From assembly GCA_050115495.1 (NCBI GenBank), contig JASFQK010000011.1, forward strand, positions 32,001 to 96,000: 64,000 nt of DNA. The letters are read 5' to 3'. The first letter of the stretch is position 1; each line of letters starts with the position of its first letter. The stretch comes from Phycisphaerae bacterium. Its GTDB lineage: Bacteria > Planctomycetota > Phycisphaerae > UBA1845 > Fen-1342. Shown piece by piece: positions 18,257-28,668 of the stretch. The position numbers and the translations under genes were made by a program. A model generated the notes under the pieces. It ran no database searches. It was given only the letters and a program-made list of their open reading frames with translations, and was not told the DNA's origin.

Positions 18257-19879
18257 ATGAACAGCTTCCGAAGCATGTGGGCGGCGCTCGTCCTGGTCTG
18301 TCTGGCGAGTGCAGGTTTGGTGATGGGGCAGTGGGCGGTAGATCCGGCGGTCAACCTCGCCGTCGCGGACCGCACGTCGGAGCAGGTCGTCCCGAAGGTG
18401 GCCGGTACGGCGGACGGTGGCTGCTACATCGCCTGGCACGACCACGCCTCCGGCAACTACGACATCTACCTCCAGCGGCTCGACCGCGAAGGACACGAGG
18501 TCTGGGGACACAACGGGATCGCTATCAGCACGCACGTGCAGAATAGCTGGATCACCGACTGGGATCTGCTTGTCGACGCCGACGGCTGCGCCGTGTTGAC
18601 GTTTGTTGACCTGCGGGCCGGCGGCGACTGGGACGTCTACGCCTATCGCATCGATCCGGACGGAGTGTTTCTGTGGGGGCCGGACGGTGTCGCTCTGTCC
18701 GACAACGCCGACTTCGAGGCCATGCCCCGCGTCGCCGAGACGACCGACGGTGAGTTCGTCTTCGTTTGGTCGCGGTCGCCGGACGTCGGCGACGGCTCGC
18801 TCGTCATCCAGAAGCTCTCGACCGACGGCACGCCGCAGTTCGGTGCGACGGGCATCGAGGTCTTCGGCGCTGCGGGCGAGTCGCCGGGATACGTGAACGT
18901 CGTGGCGGCGGACAACGGCGCGTTCATCATGAGCTGGGTCCGCGACATGAGCACGTTCATGAGCCCGCGGCACTTCCGCGCGCAGAAGTACTCCGCGGCG
19001 GGCGTGGCTCAGTGGGCGGCGCCGGTCGAGGTCTACAACGCGTCGTCCCTCCCGCTGGGGCACTTCCCGACCACGCTGCCTGACGGGGCCGGCGGAGCGA
19101 TCCTGGTCTGGCATCGCAGCCAGTCGAACATGTACAACTGCCTCGTGCAGCACGTCACCGCGAACGGCGGCGAGCGCTTCACGCACAACGGCGTCCTGGT
19201 CTCGACGCTGACCGCCCGGCATCACATCGATCCGGCGGGCGTCTACCTGCCCGATACCGATGAGATCCTCATCTTCTGGAACGAGCGCAACTCGGCCCAG
19301 AGCCAGTGGGGGCTGTACGGCCAGAAGCTCTCGCCGACCGGGCAGCGCATGTGGGGCGACAATGGCATCGAGTATGAGCCCGTGAACACGGTCTACAAAT
19401 CCTATCCGCGGGCGGTGCCGCTGTCGGACGGCGCGATGGTGTTCTACTGCGACGAGCCGACCGGCTCCGTCGTGCTGGACCGCATGCTCGCCTTCCGCGT
19501 GGACACGTCCGGCGCGCTCGTCTGGGACGACTCGCCGCGGTTGGTCAGCTCGGTGCTAAGTGGGAAGGCGCGGCTGCCCGTGATCGTCGGGCCGGCGGAA
19601 ACTGCGATCATCGTCTGGGAGGACGATCGCGGCGGCACCGTCGACGTGTACGCCCAGAACGTCAACCGCAACGGCTCGCTCGGCGCGTTGGGCAACCTGA
19701 ACTGCGACGCGTCCGTCGACAACTTCGACATTACGCCGTTCGTGCTGGCGGTGACGGACCCCGACGCCTATGCGGCGGCGTACCCCGACTGCAACCCGCT
19801 GCTGGCGGACATCAACGGCGACGGTGCCATCAACAACTTCGACATCAGCCCGTTTGTCGGTCTGCTAGCAGGCGACTAA
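18257..19879 (+). CDS. Secreted repeat (propeller-like) protein with C-terminal dockerin-like domain
   Basis: Repeated DG.GG..(I/L)xW..D(I/V)Y.Q...G...W units; tail GNLNCD..DNFDITPF..DINGDG.INNFDISPF. Confidence 0.8.
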   Translation: MNSFRSMWAALVLVCLASAGLVMGQWAVDPAVNLAVADRTSEQVVPKVAGTADGGCYIAWHDHASGNYDIYLQRLDREGHEVWGHNGIAISTHVQNSWITDWDLLVDADGCAVLTFVDLRAGGDWDVYAYRIDPDGVFLWGPDGVALSDNADFEAMPRVAETTDGEFVFVWSRSPDVGDGSLVIQKLSTDGTPQFGATGIEVFGAAGESPGYVNVVAADNGAFIMSWVRDMSTFMSPRHFRAQKYSAAGVAQWAAPVEVYNASSLPLGHFPTTLPDGAGGAILVWHRSQSNMYNCLVQHVTANGGERFTHNGVLVSTLTARHHIDPAGVYLPDTDEILIFWNERNSAQSQWGLYGQKLSPTGQRMWGDNGIEYEPVNTVYKSYPRAVPLSDGAMVFYCDEPTGSVVLDRMLAFRVDTSGALVWDDSPRLVSSVLSGKARLPVIVGPAETAIIVWEDDRGGTVDVYAQNVNRNGSLGALGNLNCDASVDNFDITPFVLAVTDPDAYAAAYPDCNPLLADINGDGAINNFDISPFVGLLAGD

Positions 19880-19913
19880 GCGGAATCGGCGGACGCGGTA
19901 GGGCGGCCTGGGG

Positions 19914-20450
19914 TCATTCCCAGGGGTCCTCTTCGTCGTCGGGATTCTGCGGGCCGGTTTCCTTCGGCGGGGGCGGAGCGTTGGCGGCCCGGCGGGCGGC
20001 ACAGTGTGGGCATTCGGCCGGCTCGCCGGGAGCGGTTGCGTACCATTGGCGGCATTTCGGGCAAAGTTTGGCTCTGTACGCCGACTCCTGACCGCAATGT
20101 TCGCACTTCATCGGCCAGGCGTCGAAGTCCATAGGGACCTTCACCTGGTAGGCAGCTTGGCAGGCCGGGTTGGTGCAGCCGACGTAGATGGTGGCGGTGG
20201 ACGTGGCTTTCTCGAAATCGCCGGGGCCCGCCGGCGGGGTGAGGGCGTGCGTTAGCCAGCGGGCGGCCACGATCGCCACCACGCCGAGGATGATCCAGAG
20301 GGTGATGCGCACGGCCGCGGTCCGCCAGAAGAGGGAGGGGTCCTCGCGGACCTCGGCTCGCCAGCGGCGAAAATCCTCGGGCCAGTTGGCGGTTCTTTCC
20401 CGGATGCGGTCGGGCAGGTCGGCGAGCTGTGAGCGGCGGTCGGTACTCAT
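19914..20450 (-). CDS. Membrane-anchored multi-CxxC zinc-ribbon hypothetical protein
   Basis: One TM segment; CTNPAC, CEHCG, CPKC and CPHC. Confidence 0.7.
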   Translation of the reverse strand: MSTDRRSQLADLPDRIRERTANWPEDFRRWRAEVREDPSLFWRTAAVRITLWIILGVVAIVAARWLTHALTPPAGPGDFEKATSTATIYVGCTNPACQAAYQVKVPMDFDAWPMKCEHCGQESAYRAKLCPKCRQWYATAPGEPAECPHCAARRAANAPPPPKETGPQNPDDEEDPWE

Positions 20451-20538
20451 CTGGCAGGCCCTCCGCTGGCCGATAATCCCATCGGCGACAGCCACATGAG
20501 CTTATCCGCATACCCCGCCGGGGGGCAAATTTTTCCTT

Positions 20539-20566
20539 TTGACAACCTTCAAAGGGGCCCTACAAT
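20539..20566 (+). promoter_or_regulatory. Sigma70 promoter of the tRNA-Thr/tuf operon
   Basis: TTGACA-N16-TACAAT. Confidence 0.75.
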
Positions 20567-20645
20567 GGCGGCTTCCGGTATGTAGGACCGGGTGAACGCA
20601 TGCGCTGAGGCGCCGGTGGCCGCCGATCCGGCGCCGCCGGGGAAT

Positions 20646-20717
<72 letters not shown>

Positions 20718-20837
20718 TACGGTGAGCGGCGCGCGCGCGTCGGGACCGGTTCGGGAACTCGGTTTGGCAGGAGAACTGGTGGCCGTGGAGGGCCACCCCG
20801 GGTGAAACCTTTCCCGGGCGATGAGTGGAGAAGATAC

Positions 20838-22070
20838 ATGGCCAAGGGTGTGTTTGAGCGGAAGAAACCGCACGTAAACGTCGGGACCATCGGACACGTC
20901 GACCACGGCAAGACGACGTTGACGGCGGCGATGACGGCTGTCCAGGCGGCGCGCGGACTGGGCGAGTACAAGTCGTACGACGACATCGCCAAGGCGTCAG
21001 AGAAAGACGGTCGCCGGGACCCGACCAAGATTCTGACCATCGCCACCGCGCACGTCGAATACGAGACGGAGAGCCGGCACTACGCCCACATCGACTGCCC
21101 GGGGCACGCCGACTACGTGAAGAACATGATCACCGGCGCCGCCCAGATGGACGGGGCCATCCTGGTGGTCAGTGCGGCCGACGGCCCGATGCCCCAGACG
21201 CGCGAGCACGTGTTGCTCGCCCGCCAGGTCAACGTGCCGGCGCTGGTCGTTTTCCTCAACAAGGTCGACCTCGTCGACGACCCCGAGCTGCTCGAGCTCG
21301 TCGAGATGGAAGTCCGCGAGTTGCTGAGCAAGTACGAGTTCGACGGCGACAACATCCCCGTCATCAAGGGCTCGGCCACGCAGGCGCTCGAGGCCGCCTC
21401 CGCCAAGAACGAGGCCGGCTATGCGGGTGTCGTCGAGTTGATGGACGCTCTCGACGCCCACATCCCCGAGCCGCAGCGCGAGCAGGACAAGCCCTTCCTG
21501 ATGCCCATCGAAGACGTCTTCAGCATCAAGGGCCGTGGTACCGTCGGTACCGGTCGTATCGAGCGCGGCCAGGTCAAGGTCGGCGACGAAGTGGCCGTCA
21601 TCGGTCTGCACGCCCCCGAAGGCCGCAAGACGGTCGTCACCGGCGTTGAGATGTTCAACAAGACGCTCGATTCGGGCATCGCCGGCGACAACGTCGGTCT
21701 GCTGCTCCGCGGCGTCGAGAAGAAAGAGCTGGAGCGCGGTCAGGTGCTCGCCAAGGCGGGCAGCATTACGCCGCACACCAAGTTCATGGGTGAGGTCTAC
21801 GTCCTGACGAAGGAGGAAGGCGGCCGTCACACGCCGTTCTTCCCCGGCTATCGTCCGCAGTTCTACTTCCGGACGACCGACGTGACCGGCTCGATCGTGG
21901 AACTGGTCAGCCGCGAGGGCGGCAAGGCCGAGATGTGCATGCCCGGCGACAACATCCAGATGCGGGTCGAGATTCAGCACCCCATCGCCATGGAGGAAGG
22001 CTTGCGCTTCGCCATTCGCGAAGGCGGCCGGACCGTCGGTTCGGGCGTGGTAACGAAGATCCTCGAGTAG
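20838..22070 (+). CDS. tuf: Elongation factor Tu
   Basis: [21 protein letters not shown] and EGGRTVG. Confidence 0.99.
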   Translation: MAKGVFERKKPHVNVGTIGHVDHGKTTLTAAMTAVQAARGLGEYKSYDDIAKASEKDGRRDPTKILTIATAHVEYETESRHYAHIDCPGHADYVKNMITGAAQMDGAILVVSAADGPMPQTREHVLLARQVNVPALVVFLNKVDLVDDPELLELVEMEVRELLSKYEFDGDNIPVIKGSATQALEAASAKNEAGYAGVVELMDALDAHIPEPQREQDKPFLMPIEDVFSIKGRGTVGTGRIERGQVKVGDEVAVIGLHAPEGRKTVVTGVEMFNKTLDSGIAGDNVGLLLRGVEKKELERGQVLAKAGSITPHTKFMGEVYVLTKEEGGRHTPFFPGYRPQFYFRTTDVTGSIVELVSREGGKAEMCMPGDNIQMRVEIQHPIAMEEGLRFAIREGGRTVGSGVVTKILE

Positions 22071-22173
22071 CCGCTTCGGCGACGCTGAAGGAAGAGGCTG
22101 AGGGACGGCGGCCGATCGTGGCTGCCGTCCAGCCGGCGCGGGCCGCCCGGCCGGCTCTGCGGGAGTGTGGTGC

Positions 22174-22341
22174 ATGGCCAAGGCACAGAAGCGAGAATGG
22201 GTCTGGTTGCAGTGCTCGGAGACGGGCGACCTGAACTACCGCACCAACGTAAACGTCCAGGGCGGTGTGCCGAAACTGCAGCTCAAGAAGTACTCGCCCC
22301 GTCTGCGCAAGCGGACGGTGCACAAGATCAAGCGGAAGTAA
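22174..22341 (+). CDS. rpmG: 50S ribosomal protein L33 (missing from the ORF track)
   Basis: [42 protein letters not shown], 55 aa, in the canonical position. Confidence 0.95.
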   Translation: MAKAQKREWVWLQCSETGDLNYRTNVNVQGGVPKLQLKKYSPRLRKRTVHKIKRK

Positions 22342-22346
22342 CCGGT

Positions 22347-22420
22347 AGGAGCGTAGCTCAATTGGCTAGAGCATCGGTTTCCAAAACCGAAGGTTGGGGG
22401 TTCGAGTCCCTTCGCTCCTG
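22347..22420 (+). tRNA. tRNA-Trp(CCA)
   Basis: AGGAGCG/CGCTCCT acceptor stem; anticodon arm TCGGT-TTCCAAA-ACCGA. Confidence 0.97.
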
Positions 22421-22541
22421 ATCTGGGGCGGGGGCCCGGTTGCCGGGACCCCCGGTAAGCGTGTCCAGCAAGACGCCGGCCGGTGGCCGGCAGGGTAGTG
22501 GGGGCCGGATGCGGCCGGCCCGGCGTGATGGGAGCTGTTCG

Positions 22542-23054
22542 ATGGCTGATGAAACCCTGGCTCCGGAACGAGTATCGCGACCGGCTTCGGCCGGCTCGGG
22601 CGGAGCCTCGCCTTTGCGGCCCTACAAGCCCGGGCAGGGGCGGCACGTTCGCTGGGGCACGGCCGGTGGCGCCGGGGTGATCGCCGTAGCCGGGGCCATG
22701 TTCGTGTACGACTGGCTGGCGGCGCCCTTCGGCGGCAACTCCACGAGCGATGTCGTGCTGCGGACGCTGATCCCGGTCGTGCTGCTCATCGGAGCCGCCT
22801 GGCTGATCTGGTGGCTGACCGGCACGCGGCGCGGCTCGGTCGATTTCATGATCGCCACCGAGGGGGAAATGAAGAAGGTGAACTGGTCCTCCCGCCGCGA
22901 GGTGTTCGGGGCGACCAAAGTCGTGATCTTCACGGTGCTCGCCATGGGCATGATGCTGGCGGTCGTCGACTTCGTCTTCATGGGGCTGTTCGCCCTCATC
23001 GGCGTGTTGAAGGTGCCTTTCTGGCAGCAGATATTTGGTAGCGGGGGCGCGTGA
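22542..23054 (+). CDS. secE: Preprotein translocase subunit SecE (3-TM type)
   Basis: YKPGQG, DFMIATEGEMKKVNWSSRRE; lies between tRNA-Trp and nusG. Confidence 0.93.
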   Translation: MADETLAPERVSRPASAGSGGASPLRPYKPGQGRHVRWGTAGGAGVIAVAGAMFVYDWLAAPFGGNSTSDVVLRTLIPVVLLIGAAWLIWWLTGTRRGSVDFMIATEGEMKKVNWSSRREVFGATKVVIFTVLAMGMMLAVVDFVFMGLFALIGVLKVPFWQQIFGSGGA

Positions 23055-23707
23055 CGTCCATGTCCGCCGACGCTTCGCAAATCGAGAGCAAACCAGTGGC
23101 CGAAACATCGGACAATCCTCCGGTCGAGAACAACGAGCCGGAGATGGTGCGGCCGGGGATGCAGTGGTACGTGCTCCGTGTGGCCTCCAACAAGGAGGAC
23201 TCGGTGCGCGACGCCCTCGAACGCAAGGTCAAGATCGAACAGCTAGAGGAGCGTGTTGGCCGCGTCCTGGTGCCGACCCAGCGCGAGAAGCGCGTTCGCG
23301 GCGGTACGGCTCGCGTCTACCATCGCAAGCTCTATCCCGGCTACGTCTTCGTCGAGATGGCAACCGACGACGACGGCCGCATCCCCGAGAACGTCTGGTT
23401 CGTCATCAAGGAGACGACCGGCGTCGGTGATTTCATCGGTTCCGGCGGCAAACCCTCGGCCATGCCCATGCATGACGTCGAGAAGATGCTCGCCGCCGCC
23501 GTCAAGCCCGACGAATCGCCCACCCTGGCCAACCTGGCCTTCAAGAAGGGCGACCGGGTCAAGGTCACCGAGGGTCCCTTCGAGAACTTCGAGGGCGTGG
23601 TCGACGAGATCAACTCCCAGAAGGGCACCGTCCGCGTGATCGTCACGATTTTCGGACGGGCCACGCCGGTCGACATCGAATACTGGCAGGTGGAGGAGTT
23701 GCAGTAG
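23051..23707 (+). CDS. nusG: Transcription termination/antitermination factor NusG
   Basis: WYVLRVASNKE, YPGYVFVEM and KOW motif GPFENFEGVV..IFGRATPV. Confidence 0.97.
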   Translation: MTSMSADASQIESKPVAETSDNPPVENNEPEMVRPGMQWYVLRVASNKEDSVRDALERKVKIEQLEERVGRVLVPTQREKRVRGGTARVYHRKLYPGYVFVEMATDDDGRIPENVWFVIKETTGVGDFIGSGGKPSAMPMHDVEKMLAAAVKPDESPTLANLAFKKGDRVKVTEGPFENFEGVVDEINSQKGTVRVIVTIFGRATPVDIEYWQVEELQ

Positions 23708-23851
23708 CCGCGGGAGGCCGCCGGCGGCGGGAAACCGGCCCCGGGGCGTTGGACGAGCGGCTACCGGCCGGCTATACTACGGGTCTTTAGTCGCGGTCGC
23801 GGGCCACCGGGCCCCGTCGCAGACGCAGCAGTGCACGAATAGGGTAGGCTC

Positions 23852-24301
23852 ATGGCGAAGGCCGTCATCGCGAAAATCAAGTTGCAGGCACCGGGTGGCA
23901 AGGCGACGCCGGCGCCGCCGGTCGGGCCGGCCCTGGGCCAGCACGGCGTGAACATCGGGCAGTTCGTCTCGCAATTCAACGAGCGAACGAAGCACATGGA
24001 CGGGATGACCTGCCCGGTCGAGATCACCGTCTACAAGGACAAGAGCTTCGACTTCATCTGCAAGAGCCCGCCGGCGGCCGTGCTGCTGCTCAAGGCGGCC
24101 AAGCCGATCGAAGACGGGATGGCGATTGTGGAGAAGGGTTCCGGCGAGCCGAACCGCAAGAAGGTCGGCCGCGTCACCCGCGAGGATGTCCGCAAGATCG
24201 CCGAGACCAAGCTGAAGGACCTCAACGCGTTCTGCCTCGACTCCGCCGATCGGATCGTGGCCGGCACCGCCCGCAGTATGGGCATCGAGGTCACGGACTG
24301 A
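23852..24301 (+). CDS. rplK: 50S ribosomal protein L11
   Basis: [18 protein letters not shown] and GTARSMG. Confidence 0.98.
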   Translation: MAKAVIAKIKLQAPGGKATPAPPVGPALGQHGVNIGQFVSQFNERTKHMDGMTCPVEITVYKDKSFDFICKSPPAAVLLLKAAKPIEDGMAIVEKGSGEPNRKKVGRVTREDVRKIAETKLKDLNAFCLDSADRIVAGTARSMGIEVTD

Positions 24302-24384
24302 GAGATTCCCGGGCGGCGAGTTGAGTGCCGTCCGCTGACAACCAAAGGCCTGACCACGGGCCAGAACGTAGTGGGAGCTTCGCC

Positions 24385-25083
24385 ATGCGGTTTCGCAGCA
24401 AGCGATACAAGAAAGACACCAATCAAGCCGCTCGCAAACCTCTTCCCCTCGATGAGGCCCTCAAGGCCCTCAAGGCTTATTCGAAGGCCAAGTTCGACGA
24501 AACCGTCGACCTGGTCTGCTGGCTCGGTATCGACCCGCGCCAGGCCGACCAGATGATCCGCGGCTCGGTCAGCCTGCCCAAGGGCATCGGCAAGAGCAAG
24601 CGCGTCATCGCCTTCTGCGGCGAGGGTGACGTCGAGGAGGCCAAGGCGGCCGGAGCGGTCGAGGCCGGCGGCGAGGAACTCGTTGCCAAGGTCCAGGGCG
24701 GCTGGCTCGACTTCGACGTGGCCGTCGCGCACCCGTCCATGATGGGCAAGGTGGGCAAGCTCGGTCGCGTGCTCGGCCCCGTCGGCAAGATGCCCTCTCC
24801 CAAGAGCGGCACGGTCACGCCGCAGCTCGTGCAGGCGGTGCGTGACTACTCGGCCGGCAAGCTCGAGTTCCGCAACGACAAGGGCGGCAACGTCCACGCC
24901 GTTGTGGGCAAGCTCAGCTTTGCCGACGCCGACCTCAAAGAGAACATTCTCGCCTTCGTCGGCCACATTCGCCGGATGAAGCCTGCCACGGCGAAGGGGC
25001 AGTTCCTCAGGAAGGTGTGCATCAGCGGAACGATGACGCCCGGCGTCGAGATCGACACGTCCACCTCGGGCGGACTGGAGTAG
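24385..25083 (+). CDS. rplA: 50S ribosomal protein L1
   Basis: [26 protein letters not shown] and FRNDKGG. Confidence 0.98.
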   Translation: MRFRSKRYKKDTNQAARKPLPLDEALKALKAYSKAKFDETVDLVCWLGIDPRQADQMIRGSVSLPKGIGKSKRVIAFCGEGDVEEAKAAGAVEAGGEELVAKVQGGWLDFDVAVAHPSMMGKVGKLGRVLGPVGKMPSPKSGTVTPQLVQAVRDYSAGKLEFRNDKGGNVHAVVGKLSFADADLKENILAFVGHIRRMKPATAKGQFLRKVCISGTMTPGVEIDTSTSGGLE

Positions 25084-25086
25084 CCG

Positions 25087-25626
25087 ATGAGCAAGCTGGT
25101 CAAAAACATGATCGCCGGGGAGCTGCGTTCCCGTTACAGCGAACTGGACAGTGCCTTGTGGGTCGAGCTGATCGGCGTCGACGGCAACACCACCAACGCG
25201 TTCCGCCGCGACCTGCACAGCAAGGATGTGCGGCTTGAGGTGGTGCGCACCGCCCTGTTGCGACGGGCGGTGGCGGACGGCGCGTTGCGGACGCTGGCCG
25301 ACCATCTGGTAGGGCCGGCCGCGTTGATCACGGGCGGCGAGTCGATTATCGACGTCGCGAAGATGATCGACGAGTGGCTGCCGAAGATCAAAGGTCTGCG
25401 TATTCGCGGGGCCCTGCTGGAAGGGCAGTTCCTCAACGAGCAGGCCGCCGCCGGCCTGGCCAAGATGCCGTCGAAGCGTGACCTCCAGGCCCGCATTGCC
25501 GGCATGGCCCTGTCGCCTGGGGCGAACCTGGCCGCGGCCGTGCTGTCGGGTGGCGGGCGTATCGCCGGCTGCCTGAAGAGCATCATCGAGAAGCTGGAAA
25601 AGGAAGAAGCCCCGGCCGCCGCGTAG
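25087..25626 (+). CDS. rplJ: 50S ribosomal protein L10
   Basis: L10-like sequence (LAKMPSKRDL) between rplA and rplL. Confidence 0.92.
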   Translation: MSKLVKNMIAGELRSRYSELDSALWVELIGVDGNTTNAFRRDLHSKDVRLEVVRTALLRRAVADGALRTLADHLVGPAALITGGESIIDVAKMIDEWLPKIKGLRIRGALLEGQFLNEQAAAGLAKMPSKRDLQARIAGMALSPGANLAAAVLSGGGRIAGCLKSIIEKLEKEEAPAAA

Positions 25627-25750
25627 CGGGCCGGGTTGGAGATTGCTGAATCGGATCCGTGCCTGACTGCTCCTCGTGAGGATTAAATGGGACCACCGGG
25701 GTCCCAGCTATCCGGCCGGTCCCCAAACGCCTGTTGCGGAGTGTGTGACG

Positions 25751-26182
25751 ATGTCCGAAGAACCTGCGGCGAGCGCCCCCGCTCGCGAATTTGACCCGGC
25801 GATCAAGGAGATCGGCGACAAGATCGCCGCCCTGACCCTGATCCAGGCCAAGGCCCTCACCGATTACCTGAAGGACGAATACGGCATCGAGCCCGCAGCG
25901 GGTGGAGCAGTCATGATGGCCGGTCCGGCCGTCGGTGGTGATGCCGGGGCCGCGGCCGCCGAAGAGCAGACCGAGTTCAAGCTGGTCATCAAGGCGGCCG
26001 GCGACAAGAAGCTCCAGGTGATCAAGGTCGTGCGGGCCGCCCGTAGCGACCTGGGTCTCAAGGAAGCCAAGGCCCTCGTGGACAGCGCCCCGAAGCCGCT
26101 GCTCGAGGAAGTGCCCAAGGAAGAGGCCGAGAAGTGGGCCAAGCAGCTCGAGGAAGCCGGCGCGACCATCTCCATCGAGTAG
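25751..26182 (+). CDS. rplL: 50S ribosomal protein L7/L12
   Basis: [25 protein letters not shown] and LEEAGA. Confidence 0.98.
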   Translation: MSEEPAASAPAREFDPAIKEIGDKIAALTLIQAKALTDYLKDEYGIEPAAGGAVMMAGPAVGGDAGAAAAEEQTEFKLVIKAAGDKKLQVIKVVRAARSDLGLKEAKALVDSAPKPLLEEVPKEEAEKWAKQLEEAGATISIE

Positions 26183-26382
26183 CCTGAACCGGCCCAGCTC
26201 GACGAAACGTTAGCACAGCGGCGAGTCCGACCCTGCGGGGGCCGGGCTCGCCGCTTCGTGTTGACAGGCCCGGGCCGGCGGGGGGAAATAATGTGCCTTG
26301 GTGTCCGAATCCCCTTCGTCCCCCTGGCGTGGACGGGGGCGTGCTGCGCGTAGGGTCCTGGATCTGGCAGGAGGAGACCGGT

Positions 26383-27333
26383 ATGCGATACAGACTCGTG
26401 GTTCCCGTGCTCGTGGCGCTGCTGGCCGTGATGTCGGGTTGCACCGAGCGGCGTGGCGGCAACGTGAAGGCCACGCGCGATTTCGCGCTCACGTCGCCGT
26501 GGAACGACTTCCAGACGGTCGTCGTGGAGTCGCGGAACGGCAGCATCGAGATCGGCGTAGCAGACGTGCGGGAGGTGGAGATCGACGGCCGAATGTCCGT
26601 CCGGGGGATGACCCGGGCCGACGCCGACGCGGCCCTCGAGCGGATGCGGATTGATGTCGATCCGGCGGCGGACGCCGGCCGGACGCTGACCATCCGACTG
26701 GTCGTGCCGGACGAGCTTCGTCAGCAGTCGCCGTCGGCGGGACTGAAGGTCCGCGTGCCGCAGGGCTGTGCCGTGCGCCTGACGACGAGCAACGGTTCGA
26801 TCGAGGCCGGCGGGCTGAAGGATCGGGCGGAGCTGCGTACGAGCAACGCCTCGGTCACGGTGACGGATTTCGCCGGCCGGGTGGACATCCGGACCAGCAA
26901 CGGCAGCGTGGTGGCCCGCCGGGTGGACGGTCCGGTCGACGCCCAGAGCAGCAACGCCTCCATTACTGTTGAGGAAGTGGGCGGCGACTGCACGCTGGCG
27001 ACGACGAACGGCTCGATCACGCTCCGCGACGTGCAGGGCAGCGTCCGGGCCCGGACGTCCAACGCCAGCATCGGCTGCGACGTTCAGCCGCCGGCCGGGG
27101 CCTCGGTCGTCCTGGAGACGTCAAACGGCAAGGTCGACGTGACGTTGCCGGAGACGCTTGCGGCGGAGCTGACCCTGGTCACGTCGAACGGCAAGATCTC
27201 CACGGCGTTCGGCAACGCTCAGGTCAACATGCGCGAGATGGGGAACAAGTCCGTACGGGCGACCATGAACGGCGGCGGCGGCCGGGTCGAGGCCCGTACA
27301 TCGAACGGAGCGATCACGTTCGGCGTGCGCTGA
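26383..27333 (+). CDS. DUF4097 family beta-strand repeat lipoprotein
   Basis: Lipobox MSGC; many (T/S)SNG/NA repeats; GGAGGAG RBS. Confidence 0.85.
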   Translation: MRYRLVVPVLVALLAVMSGCTERRGGNVKATRDFALTSPWNDFQTVVVESRNGSIEIGVADVREVEIDGRMSVRGMTRADADAALERMRIDVDPAADAGRTLTIRLVVPDELRQQSPSAGLKVRVPQGCAVRLTTSNGSIEAGGLKDRAELRTSNASVTVTDFAGRVDIRTSNGSVVARRVDGPVDAQSSNASITVEEVGGDCTLATTNGSITLRDVQGSVRARTSNASIGCDVQPPAGASVVLETSNGKVDVTLPETLAAELTLVTSNGKISTAFGNAQVNMREMGNKSVRATMNGGGGRVEARTSNGAITFGVR

Positions 27334-27580
27334 CGCAACCCCCGCGTCCAGGCTGTGTGGCGCGCCCCGCTGTCGATCACCCTCGGCGGCGGCAAGCCGT
27401 GTTTTTCATCGCGCCAGCCGCGATGAACGTCACGAAGTCAGCAATATCTGCGGCGGTTTACAGCAGGTTGCGCGGAGCGCCCCGCGCAACGCCGCGTGGG
27501 GATTGCGCCGTTCCTGCAACGCGGCGTGGAGACGGTGGCGCACTTACATCCCTCGGACCCCAATCGCCCCGAGGGCGACC

Positions 27581-27720
27581 TGTAGCGCCGGCCCCCTGTG
27601 GCCGACGTCGCGTAGCGCTGGGACGCCGCACCCAGCGCCCAGACGTCCGGTACGGAGCCCGGACGCTACACCCGCCACGTCCGGCCGTTCGGTACCCCGG
27701 CCCGCCGGGAGACGCTACAC
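27581..27720. repeat. Nested GTAG-type REP-like palindromic cluster
   Basis: TGTAGCG (27581) and CGTAGCG (27611) face CGCTACA (27664, 27713); short GC hairpins lie beside these motifs. Confidence 0.5.
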
Positions 27721-27831
27721 GAACCCAATCCAGGCCCCGCGTTGTAGACCTGCGCGCCCCGAGCTGTTCCTGAACGGCGTCTTCGCCAGCAGGTCGAGCC
27801 AGACCTGCTGGACAGGCGAGGGACCCGCGGC

Positions 27832-28668
27832 TCATTCGTCGACCCAGATCTCCCGTGGTTCATCCGAGGCACTGAGCAGACAATCGGTGATCCGGTCGCG
27901 CTCATGACAGACCACGAGGTGCAGCCCATCTCGACCGCGCGTATCGGAGGTCCGGCGCATTTCGAAGCGAACCACGCCGTACACCCTCAAACGAGTTTCC
28001 CCCGCGGTCTCGTGAAAATCGGCACCGCAAAGCTGGCGAACGTTGGCGAGCGGCTCACCAACGGTAATGTACCCCGCATCCATGGCGCGCAGGCAGATGT
28101 CGCGCTTCACTGCGCCCGCTACCGCGTCCCGGTAGCAGACGACTAACTCATCGAGAGTCAGGTGCTCCGGTCGGGACTCAGTCATTCCCTTGTCCATATT
28201 CGTGACCACGAGACCAAGAATCGCATCAACTCCCTGTTCGTGATACACTCCCAAGTACCATCCGCCATACTTAGGCGAGCAAACGAAACCACGATCGTCC
28301 ACTCCGCCGGGTACCGGAGGCAGCAAATGAACTACGCTCCAGTACCTAACCCCCTCGTTTTCAAGGCGCACCTCGAAGTCCGCACCACAGAGCCGCCGGA
28401 CATTCTCTAGCGGTGCGCCGATTGCTATGTGGCCGGCATCAACGGCGCGCAAGCAGATGTTCAGCTTTGCTGTGTCCCCGCTCGCTTGTCGATAGCAGTC
28501 CGCCAACTCGCCCAAGGTGACTGGCATTGGGATGGATGCAGACCTACTGCTGCTCCCAGACGGAGGCTGCTGATGTGACTGCGACGTCTCGCCTGCACAC
28601 CCTACCAACGTCAACACAGTCACCACAAGACAAACCACCGGGGAACGCCACCGAACGATTATGGACAT
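27832..28668 (-). CDS. Putative lipoprotein with an internal tandem duplication (immunity-like)
   Basis: LVGC lipobox; two copies of L.EL..CYR.A....K..ICLRA.DAG.I..G.PL.NVR.LCGADF; lower-GC codon usage; start uncertain. Confidence 0.65.
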   Translation of the reverse strand: MSIIVRWRSPVVCLVVTVLTLVGCAGETSQSHQQPPSGSSSRSASIPMPVTLGELADCYRQASGDTAKLNICLRAVDAGHIAIGAPLENVRRLCGADFEVRLENEGVRYWSVVHLLPPVPGGVDDRGFVCSPKYGGWYLGVYHEQGVDAILGLVVTNMDKGMTESRPEHLTLDELVVCYRDAVAGAVKRDICLRAMDAGYITVGEPLANVRQLCGADFHETAGETRLRVYGVVRFEMRRTSDTRGRDGLHLVVCHERDRITDCLLSASDEPREIWVDE

